Assembly: GCA_964016885.1 (NCBI GenBank)
Contig: OZ024742.1
Location: forward strand, 165,354,001 to 165,418,000
Direction: 5' to 3'
Origin: Eledone cirrhosa
Lineage: Eukaryota
Length of the DNA stretch: 64,000 nt
Position 1 is the first letter of the stretch. Each line of letters begins with the position of its first letter. The notes beneath the pieces are model-generated. The model did not search any database. It saw only the letters and a list, made by a program, of their open reading frames with translations, and was not told the origin of the DNA. A program made the translations under genes and the position numbers. Of the stretch, positions 53,501-64,000 are shown piece by piece.

Positions 53501-55053
53501 GAAATTATCTCCCCTTGGACGGCTGGAAATTATCTCCCCTTGGACGGCTAGATATTACCTCCCCTTGGACGGCTGGAAATTATCTCCCCTTGATTTTTTT
53601 TACAAATTATCTCCCCCTGATTTTTTTTTACAAATTATCTCCCCCTGATTTTTTTTTACGAAGTATCTCCCCCTGATTTTTTTTTACAAATTATCTCCGC
53701 CTGATTTTTTTTTAAAAATTATCTCCCCTTGAACGGCTGGAAATTATCTCCCCTTGGACGGCTGGAAATTATCTCCCCTTGGACGGCTAGAAATTACCTC
53801 TCCTTGGACGGCTGAAAATTATCTCCCATTGGACGGCTGCAAATTATCTCCCCTTGATTTTTTAACAAATTATCTCCCCCTGATTTTTTTTTACAAATTA
53901 TCTCCCCCTGATTTTTTTTTACAAATTATCTACGCCTAATTTTTTTTACAAATTATCTCCCCCTGATTTTTTTTTACAAATTATCTCCCCCTGATTTTTT
54001 TTACAAATTATCTCCCCCTGATTTTTTTTACAAATTATTTCCCCCTGATTTTTTTACAAATTATCTCCCCCCTGATTTTTTTTACAATCTCCGCCTGATT
54101 TTTTTAAAAATTATCTTCCCTTGGCTGGCGGGAAATTATCTCCCCTTGGACGGCTGGAAATTATATCCCCTTGGAAGGATGGAAATTATCTCCCCTTGGA
54201 CGGCTGGAAATTATCTCCCCTTGGACGGCTGGAAATTATCTCCCCTTGGACAGCTGGAAATTATCTGTCCTTGATTTTGTTTTTACAAATTATCTCCCCC
54301 TGATTTTTTTTACAAATTATCTCCACCTGATTTTTTAAAAAATTATCTCCCCTTGGACGGCTGGAAATTATCTCCCCTTGATTTTTTTTACAAATTATCT
54401 CCCCCTGATTTTTTTTTACAAATTATCTCCCCCTGATTTTTTTTTACAAATTATCTCCCCCTGATTTTTTTTTACAAATTATCTCACCCTGATTTTTTTA
54501 CAAATTATCTCTCCCTGATTTTTTTACAAATTATCTCCCCTTGGCTGGCTGGAAATTATCTCCCCTTGGAGGCTGGAATTTATCTCCCCTTGGACGGCTA
54601 GAAATTACCTCTCCTTGGACGGCTGGAAAATATGTCTCCTTGGACGGCTGGATATTATCTACCCTTGGACGGCTGGAAATTATCTCCCCTTGGACGGCTG
54701 GAAATTATCTCCTCTTGGACGGCTAGATATTACCTCCCCTTGGACGGCTGGAAATTATCTCCCCTTGATTTTTTTACAAATTATCTCCCCCTGATTTTTT
54801 TACAAATTATCTCCCCCTGATTTTTTTTACAAATTATCTCCGCCTAATTTTTTTAAATATTATCTTCCCTTGGCTGGCGGGAAATTATCTCCCCTTGGAC
54901 GGCTGAAAATTATCTCCCCTTGGACGGCTGGAAATTATCTCCCCTTGATTTTTTTTACAAATTATCTCCCCCTGATTTTTTTTTACAAATTATCTCCCCC
55001 TGATTTTTTTTACAAATTATCTCCCCCTGATTTTTTTACAAATTATCTCCCCT
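30780..55053 (+). repeat. Tandem duplication of ~12.15 kb (about 30780-42930 and 42931-55053; ends approximate)
   Basis: Offsets of 12,151 (30854/43005, 33244/45395, 36034/48185), 12,150 (36762/48912, 39812/51962) and 12,122 (40209/52331, 42748/54870). Shared rare variants are ATCACCCC, CTCCGGCTGA, ACAAGTTATC, TTTTATGCTAC and ACAAAGTATC. Confidence 0.92.
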
Positions 55054-58000
55054 TGGCTGGCTGGAAATTATCTCCCCTTGGAGGCTGGAATTTATCTCCC
55101 CTTGGACGGCTAGAAATTACCTCTCCTTGGAAGGCTGGAAAATATGTCCTTGGACGGCTGGATATTATCTACCCTTGGACGGCTGGAAATTATCTCCCCT
55201 TGGACGGCTGGAAATTATCTCCCCTTGGACGGCTAGATATTACCTCCCCTTGGACGGCTGAAAATTATCTCCCCTTGGACGGCTGGAAATTATCTCCCCT
55301 TGATTTTTTTTACAAATTATCTCCCCCTGATTATTTTTTACAAATTATCCCCTGATTTTTTTTTTACAAATTATCTCCCCCTGATTTTTTTTACAAATTA
55401 TCTCCCCCTGATTTTTTTACAAATTATCTCCCCTTGGCTGGCTGGAAATTATCTCCCATTGGAGGCTGGAATTTATCTCCCCTTGGACGGTTAGAAATTA
55501 CCTCCCCTTGGACGGCTGGAAAATATGTCTCCTTGGACGGCTGGAAATTATCGCCCCTTGGATGGCTGGAAATTATCTCCCCTTGGACGGCTGGAAATTA
55601 TCTCTCATCGGACGGCTAGAAATTACCTTTCCTTGGACAGCTGAAAATTATCTCCCCTTGGACGGCTGGAAATTATCTCCCCTTGATTTTTTTTACAAAT
55701 TATCTCCCCCTGATTTTTTTTTACAAATTATCTCCCCCTGATTTTTTTTTACAAATTATCTCCCCCTGATTTTTTTTTACAAATTATCTCCCCCTGATAT
55801 TTTTTACAAATTATCTCCCCCTGATTTTTTTACAAATTATCTCCCCTTGGCTGGCTGGAAATTATCTCCCCTTGGAGGCTGGAATTTATCTCCCCTTGGA
55901 CGGCTAGAAATTACCTCGCCTTGGACGGCTGGAAAATATGTCTCCTTGGACGGCTGGAAATTATCTCCCCTTGGACGGCTGGAAATTATCTCCCCTTGGA
56001 CAGCTGGAAATTATCTCCCCTTGGACGGCTAGATATTACCTCCCCTTGGACGGCTGGAAATTATCTCCCCTTGGACGGCTGGAAATTATATCCCCTTGGA
56101 CGGCTGGAAATTACCTCCCCTTGGACAGCTGGAAATTATCTGCCCTTGATTTTGTTTTTACAAATTATCTCCCCCTGATTTTTTTTACAAATTATCTCCA
56201 CCTGATTTTTTAAAAAATTATCTCCCCTTGGACGGCTGGAAATTATCTCCCCTTGATTTTTTTTACAAATTATCTCCCCCTGATTTTTTTTTACAAATTA
56301 TCTCCCCCTGATTTTTTTTTACAAATTATCTCCCCCTGATTTTTTTTTACAAATTATCTGCCCCTGATTTTTTTTACAAATTATCTCCCCCTGATTTTTT
56401 TACAAATTATCTCCCCTTGGCTGGCTGGAAATTATCTCCCCTTGGAGGCTGGAATTTATCTCCCCTTGGACGGCTAGAAATTACCTCTCCTTGGACGGCT
56501 GGAAAATATTTCTCCTTGGACGGCTGGATATTATCTACCCTTGGACGGGTGGAAATTATCTCCCCTTGGACGGCTGGAAATTATCTCCCCTTGGACGGCT
56601 AGATATTACCTCCCCTTGGACGACTGGAAATTATCTCCCCTTGATTTTTTTTACAAATTATCTCCCCCTGATTTTTTTTTTACAAATTATCTCCCCCTGA
56701 TTTTTTTTACAAATTATCTCCGCCTGATTTTTTTAAATATTATCTTCTCTTGGCTGGCGGGAAATTATCTCCCCTTGGACGGCTGAAAATTATCTCCCCT
56801 TGGACGGCTGGAAATTATCTCCCCTTGATTTTTTTTACAAATTATCTCCCCCTGATTTTTTTTTACAAATTATCTCCCCCTGATTTTTTTTTACAAATTA
56901 TCTCCCCCTGATTTTTTTTTTACAAATTATCTCCCCCTGATTTATTTACAAATTATCTCCCCCTGATTTTTTTTACAAATTATCTCCGCCTGATTTTTTT
57001 AAATATTATCTTCTCTTGGCTGGCGGGAAATTATCTCCCCTTGGACGGCTGAAAATTATCTCCCCTTGGACGGCTGGAAATTATCTCCCCTTGATTTTTT
57101 TTACAAATTATCTCCCCCTGATTTTTTTTTACAAATTATCTCCCCCTGATTTTTTTTTACAAATTATCTCCCCCTGATTTTTTTTTACAAATTATCTCCC
57201 CCTGATTTTTTTTACAAATTATCTCCCCCTGATTTTTTTACAAATTATCTCCCCTTGGCTGGCTGGAAATTATCTCCCCTTGGAGGCTGGAATTTATCTC
57301 CCCTTGGACGGCTAGAAATTACCTCTCCTTGGACGGCTGGAAATTATCTCTCCTCGGACGACTAGAAATTACCTCTCCTTGGACAGCTGAAAATTATCTC
57401 CCCTTGGACGGCTGGAAATTATCTCCCCTTGATTTTTTTTACAAATTATCTCCCCCTGATTTATTTTACAAATTATCTCCCCCTGATTTTTTTTTACAAA
57501 TTATCTCCCCCTGATTTTTTTTACAAATTATCTCCCCCTGATATTTTTTACAAATTATCTCCCCCTGATTTTTTTACAAATTATCTCCCCTTGGCTGGCT
57601 GGAAATTATCTACCCTTGGAGGCTGGAATTTATCTCCCCTTGGACGGCTAGAAATTACCTCGCCTTGGACGGCTGGAAAATATGTCTCCTTGGACGGCTG
57701 GAAATTATCTCCCCTTGGACGGCTGGAAATTATCTCCCCTTGGACGGCTGGAAATTATCTCCCCTTGGACGGCTAGATATTACCTCCCCTTGGACGGCTG
57801 GAAATTATCTCCCCTTGATTTTTTTTACAAATTATCTCCCCCTGATTTTTTTTTACAAATTATCTCCCCCTGATTTTTTTTTACGATCTCCCCCTGATTT
57901 TTTTTTACAAATTATCTCCGCCTGATTTTTTTTAAAAAATTATCTCCCCTTGAACGGCTGGAAATTATCTCCCCTTGGACGGCTGGAAATTATCTCCCCT

Positions 58001-60649
58001 TGGACGGCTAGAAATTACCTCTCCTTGGACGGCTGAAAATTATCTCCCATTGGACGGCTGCAAATTATCTCCCCTTGATTTTTTAACAAATTATCTCCCC
58101 CTGATTTTTTTTTACAAATTATCTCCCCCTGATTTTTTTTTACAAATTATCTACGCCTAATTTTTTTTACAAATTATCTCCCCCTGATTTTTTTTTACAA
58201 ATTATCTCCCCCTGATTTTTTTTACAAATTATCTCCCCCTGATTTTTTTTTACAAATTATTTCCCCCTGATTTTTTTACAAATTATCTCCCCCCTGATTT
58301 TTTTTACAATCTCCGCCTGATTTTTTTAAAAATTATCTTCCCTTGGCTGGCGGGAAATTATCTCCCCTTGGACGGCTGGAAATTATATCCCCTTGGAAGG
58401 ATGGAAATTATCTCCCCTTGGACGGCTGGAAATTATCTCCCCTTGGACGGCTGGAAATTATCTCCCCTTGGACAGCTGGAAATTATCTGTCCTTGATTTT
58501 GTTTTTACAAATTATCTCCCCCTGATTTTTTTTACAAATTATCTCCACCTGATTTTTTAAAAAATTATCTCCCCTTGGACGGCTGGAAATTATCTCCCCT
58601 TGATTTTTTTTACAAATTATCTCCCCCTGATTTTTTTTTACAAATTATCTCCCCCTGATTTTTTTTTACAAATTATCTCCCCCTGATTTTTTTTTACAAA
58701 TTATCTCACCCTGATTTTTTTTACAAATTATCTCTCCCTGATTTTTTTACAAATTATCTCCCCTTGGCTGGCTGGAAATTATCTCCCCTTGGAGGCTGGA
58801 ATTTATCTCCCCTTGGACGGCTAGAAATTACCTCTCCTTGGACGGCTGGAAAATATGTCTCCTTGGACGGCTGGATATTATCTACCCTTGGACGGCTGGA
58901 AATTATCTCCCCTTGGACGGCTGGAAATTATCTCCTGTTGGACGGCTAGATATTACCTCCCCTTGGACGGCTGGAAATTATCTCCCCTTGATTTTTTTAC
59001 AAATTATCTCCCCCTGATTTTTTTACAAATTATCTCCCCCTGATTTTTTTTACAAATTATCTCCGCCTAATTTTTTTAAATATTATCTTCCCTTGGCTGG
59101 CGGGAAATTATCTCCCCTTGGACGGCTGAAAATTATCTCCCCTTGGACGGCTGGAAATTATCTCCCCTTGATTTTTTTTACAAATTATCTCCCCCTGATT
59201 TTTTTTTACAAATTATCTCCCCCTGATTTTTTTTACAAATTATCTCCCCCTGATTTTTTTACAAATTATCTCCCCTTGGCTGGCTGGAAATTATCTCCCC
59301 TTGGAGGCTGGAATTTATCTCCCCTTGGACGGCTAGAAATTACCTCTCCTTGGAAGGCTGGAAAATATGTCCTTGGACGGCTGGATATTATCTACCCTTG
59401 GACGGCTGGAAATTATCTCCCCTTGGACGGCTGGAAATTATCTCCCCTTGGACGGCTAGATATTACCTCCCCTTGGACGGCTGAAAATTATCTCCCCTTG
59501 GACGGCTGGAAATTATCTTCCCTTGATTTTTTTTTACAAATTATCTCCCCCTGATTATTTTTTACAAATTATCCCCTGATTTTTTTTTTACAAATTATCT
59601 CCCCCTGATTTTTTTTACAAATTATCTCCCCCTGATTTTTTTACAAATTATCTCCCCTTGGCTGGCTGGAAATTATCTCCCATTGGAGGCTGGAATTTAT
59701 CTCCCCTTGGACGGTTAGAAATTACCTCCCCTTGGACAGCTGAAAATTATCTCCCCTTGGACGGCTGGAAATTATCTCCCCTTGATTTTTTTTACAAATT
59801 ATCTCCCCCTGATTTTTTTTTACAAATTATCTCCCCCTGATTTTTTTTTACAAATTATCTCCCCCTGATTTTTTTTTACAAATTATCTCCCCCTGATATT
59901 TTTTACAAATTATCTCCCCCTGATTTTTTTACAAATTATCTCCCCTTGGCTGGCTGGAAATTATCTCCCCTTGGAGGCTGGAATTTATCTCCCCTTGGAC
60001 GGCTAGAACTTACCTCGCCTTGGACGGCTGGAAAATATGTCTCCTTGGACGGCTGGAAATTATCTCCCCTTGGACGGCTGGAAATTATCTCCCCTTGGAC
60101 AGCTGGAAATTATCTCCCCTTGGACGGCTAGATATTACCTCCCCTTGGACGGCTGGAAATTATCTCCCCTTGATTTTTTTTACAAATTATCTCCCCCTGA
60201 TTTTTTTTTACAAATTATCTCCCCCTGATTTTTTTTTACGAATTATCTCCCCCCGATTTTTTTTTACAAATTATCTCCGCCTGATTTTTTTTTAAAAATT
60301 ATCTCCCCTTGAACGGCTGGAAATTATCTCCCCTTGGACGGCTGGAAATTATCTCCCCTTGGACGGCTAGAAATTACCTCTCCTTGGACGGCTGAAAATT
60401 ATCTCCCCTTGGACGGCTGCAAATTATCTCCCCTTGATTTTTTAACAAATTATCTCCCCCTGATTTTTTTTTACAAATTATCTCCCCCTGATTTTTTTTT
60501 ACAAATTATCTCCCCCTGATTTTTTTTTACAAATTATCTCCCCCTGATTTTTTTTACAAATTATCTCCCCCTGATTTTTTTTACAATCTCCGCCTGATTT
60601 TTTAAAAAATTATCTTCCCTTGGCTGGCGGGAAATTATCTCCCCTTGGA

Positions 60650-63600
60650 CGGCTGGAAATTATCTCCCCTTGATTTTTTTACAAATTATCTCCCCCTGAT
60701 TTTTTTTACAAATTATCTCCCCCTGATTTTATGTTACAAATTATCTCCCCCTGATTTTTTTACAAATTATCTCCCCCTGATTTTTTTTACAAATTATCTC
60801 CGCCTGATTTTTTTAAATATTATCTTCCCTTGGCTGGCGGGAAATTATCTCCCCTTGGACGGCTGGAAATTATCTCCCCTTGATTTTTTTTACAAATTAT
60901 CTCCCCCTGATTTTTTTTTACAAATTATCTCCCCCTGATTTTTTTTTACAAATTATCTCCCCCTGATTTTTTTTTACAAATTATCTCCCCCTGATTTTTT
61001 TTTACAAATCTCCCCCTGATTTTTTTATAAATTATCTCCCCTTGGCTGGCTGGAAATTATCTCCCCTTGGAGGCTGGAATTTATCTCCCCTTGGACGGCT
61101 AGAAATTACCTCTCCTTGGATGGCTGGAAAATATGTCTCCTTGGACGGCTGGATATTATCTACCCTTGGACGGCTGGAAATTATCTCCCCTTGGACGGCT
61201 GGAAATTATCTCCCCTTGGACGGCTAGATATTACCTCCCATTGGACGGCTGGAAATTATCTCCCCTTGATTTTTTTTACAAATTATCTCCCCCTGATTTT
61301 TTTTTACGAATTATCTCCCCCTGATTTTTTTTTACAAATTATCTCCGCCTGATTTTTTTTTAAAAATTATCTCCCCTTGAACGGCTGGAAATTATCTCCC
61401 CTTGGACGGCTGGAAATTATCTCCCCTTGGACGGCTAGAAATTACCTCTCCTTGGACTGCTGAAAATTATCTCCCCTTGGACGGCTGCAAATTATCTCCC
61501 CTTGATTTTTTTAACAAATTATCTCCCCCTGATTTTTTTTTACAAATTATCTCCCCCTGATTTTTTTTTACAAATTATCTACGCCTAATTTTTTTTACAA
61601 ATTATCTCCCCCTGATTTTTTTTTACAAATTATCTCCCCCTGATTTTTTTTACAAATTATCTCCCCCTGATTTTTTTTACAAATTATCTCCCCCTGATTT
61701 TTTTACAAATTATCTCCCCCCTGATTTTTTTTACAATCTCCGCCTGATTTTTTTAAAAATTATCTTCCCTTGGCTGGCGGGAAATTATCTCCCCTTGGAC
61801 GGCTGGAAATTATATCCCCTTGGAAGGATGGAAATTATCTCCCCTTGGACGGCTGGAAATTATCTCCCCTTGGACGGCTGGAAATTACCTCCCCTTGGAC
61901 AGCTGGAAATTATCTGCCCTTGATTTTGTTTTTACAAATTATCTCCCCCTGATTTTTTTTACAAATTATCTCCACCTGATTTTTTAAAAAATTATCTCCC
62001 CTTGGACGGCTGGAAATTATCTCCCCTTGGACGGCTGGAAATTATCTCCCCTTGATTTTTTTTACAAATTATCTCCCCCTGATTTTTTTTTACAAATTAT
62101 CTCCCCCTGATTTTTTTTACAAATTATCTCCCCCTGATTTTTTTTTACAAATTATTTCCCCCTGATTTTTTTACAAATTATCTCCCCCCTGATTTTTTTT
62201 ACAATTTCCGCCTGATTTTTTTAAAAATTATCTTCCCTTGGCTGGCGGGAAATTATCTCCCCTTGGACGGCTGGAAATTATATCCCCTTGGAAGGATGGA
62301 AATTATCTCCCCTTGGACGGCTGGAAATTATCTCCCCTTGGACGGCTGGAAATTATCTCCCCTTGGACAGCTGGAAATTATCTGCCCTTGATTTTGTTTT
62401 TACAAATTATCTCCCCCTGATTTTTTTTACAAATTATCTCCACCTGATTTTTTAAAAAATTATCTCCCCTTGGACGGCTGGAAATTATCTCCCCTTGATT
62501 TTTTTTACAAATTATCTCCCCCTGATTTTTTTTTACAAATTATCTCCCCCTGATTTTTTTTACAAATTATCTCCCCCTGATTTTTTTTTACAAATTATCT
62601 CACCCTGATTTTTTTTACAAATTATCTCTCCCTGATTTTTTTACAAATTATCTCCCCTTGGCTGGCTGGAAATTATCTCCCCTTGGAGGCTGGAATTTAT
62701 CTCCCCTTGGACGGCTAGAAATTACCTCTCCTTGGACGGCTGGAAAATATGTCTCCTTGGACGGCTGGATATTATCTACCCTTGGACGGCTGGAAATTAT
62801 CTCCCCTTGGACGGCTGGAAATTATCTCCTCTTGGACGGCTAGATATTACCTCCCCTTGGACGGCTGGAAATTATCTCCCCTTGATTTTTTTACAAATTA
62901 TCTCCCCCTGATTTTTTTACAAATTATCTCCCCCTGATTTTTTTTACAAATTATCTCCGCCTAATTTTTTTAAATATTATCTTCCCTTGGCTGGCGGGAA
63001 ATTATCTCCCCTTGGACGGCTGAAAATTATCTCCCCTTGGACGGCTGGAAATTATCTCCCCTTGATTTTTTTTACAAATTATCTCCCCCTGATTTTTTTT
63101 TAAAAATTATCTCCCCCTGATTTTTTTTACAAATTATCTCCTCCTGATTTTTTTACAAATTATCTCCCCTTGGCTGGCTGGAAATTATCTCCCCTTGGAG
63201 GCTGGAATTTATCTCCCCTTGGACGGCTAGAAATTACCTCTCCTTGGAAGGCTGGAAAATATGTCCTTGGACGGCTGGATATTATCTACCCTTGGACGGC
63301 TGGAAATTATCTCCCCTTGGACGGCTGGAAATTATCTCCCCTTGGACGGCTAGATATTACCTCCCCTTGGACGGCTGAAAATTATCTCCCCTTGGACGGC
63401 TGGAAATTATCTCCCCTTGATTTTTTTTACAAATTATCTCCCCCTGATTATTTTTTACAAATTATCCCCTGATTTTTTTTTTACAAATTATCTCCCCCTG
63501 ATTTTTTTTACAAATTATCTCCCCCTGATTTTTTTACAAATTATCTCCCCTTGGCTGGCTGGAAATTATCTCCCATTGGAGGCTGGAATTTATCTCCCCT

Positions 63601-64000
63601 TGGACGGTTAGAAATTACCTCCCCTTGGACGGCTGGAAAATATGTCTCCTTGGACGGCTGGAAATTATCGCCCCTTGGACGGCTGGAAATTATCTCCCCT
63701 TGGACGGCTGGAAATTATCTCTCATCGGACGGCTAGAAATTACCTCTCCTTGGACAGCTGAAAATTATCTCCCCTTGGACGGCTGGAAATTATCTCCCCT
63801 TGATTTTTTTTACAAATTATCTCCCCCTGATTTTTTTTTACAAATTATCTCCCCCTGATTTTTTTTTACAAATTATCTCCCCCTGATTTTTTTTTACAAA
63901 TTATCTCCCCCTGATATTTTTTACAAATTATCTCCCCCTGATTTTTTTACAAATTATCTCCCCTTGGCTGGCTGGAAATTATCTCCCCTTGGAGGCTGGA
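60650..64000 (+). repeat. Further copy of the segment at about 35640-38990 (also present at about 47790-51140)
   Basis: Offsets of 25,008 and 25,007 (35637/60645, 36034/61042, 36762/61770, 38544/63551), with the shared CTCCTCCTGA variant at ~38131, ~50281 and ~63138. Confidence 0.85.

Larger units (their letters stand above)
1..64000 (+). repeat. Two-monomer satellite array (A: 25 bp AAATTATCTCCCCTTGGACGGCTGG; B: 26-29 bp AAATTATCTCCCCCTGA(T)7-10AC), running off both window ends
   Basis: The core AAATTATCTCCCC or a close variant recurs every ~21-29 bp throughout, always in the same orientation; I found no non-repeat sequence. Confidence 0.99.

Noticed and set aside
241-63858. All + strand ORFs (60-248 aa, e.g. 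WKLSPLGRLEIISPWTAGNYLPLDG repeats)
   Set aside because: The A consensus has no stop codon in any + frame, and its 25-bp period cycles the same peptide through all frames. ORFs overlap in several frames, mostly start at TTG and are broken by T-tract length changes. The minus strand is closed by the TAA in AGATAATTT. Nothing indicates coding constraint.
1-64000. CRISPR-like array (constant repeat plus spacers)
   Set aside because: The constant part is only 13 bp, the intervening 12-16 bp are two recurring types rather than unique spacers, and there are no cas genes or leader.
1-64000. Telomerase-synthesised telomeric repeat (25-bp unit as in some yeasts; TCAGG within the minus strand of B)
   Set aside because: Two monomer types, ordered variants and multi-kb duplications indicate recombinational amplification rather than templated addition. 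A subtelomeric location is not excluded.
1-64000. Pure sequencing or concatemer artefact
   Set aside because: Position-specific variants and even T-tract lengths are reproduced between copies many kb apart, as expected for real, accurately sequenced satellite. Individual large duplications still need read validation.

Overview
The whole 64-kb window is one uninterrupted, single-orientation tandem satellite array of roughly 2,400-2,500 monomers (64,000 divided by ~26 bp). I see no gene, RNA gene, transposon or unique sequence. Two monomer types share a 13-bp core, AAATTATCTCCCC. Type A is a GC-richer 25-mer (AAATTATCTCCCCTTGGACGGCTGG). Type B is an AT-rich 26-29-mer (AAATTATCTCCCCCTGA-T7..10-AC). 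They alternate in runs of about 1-13 monomers. A-runs fall into a few stereotyped blocks whose variants occur in fixed order, with characteristic entry and exit monomers. Blocks are assembled into nested higher-order duplications (468 bp, ~4.1-4.2 kb, 4,691 bp, ~7 kb, ~12.15 kb), and several breakpoints can be placed inside the shared core. All listed ORFs are by-products of the repeat. The array looks like eukaryotic (peri)centromeric or subtelomeric satellite, but neither organism nor function can be established from the sequence.
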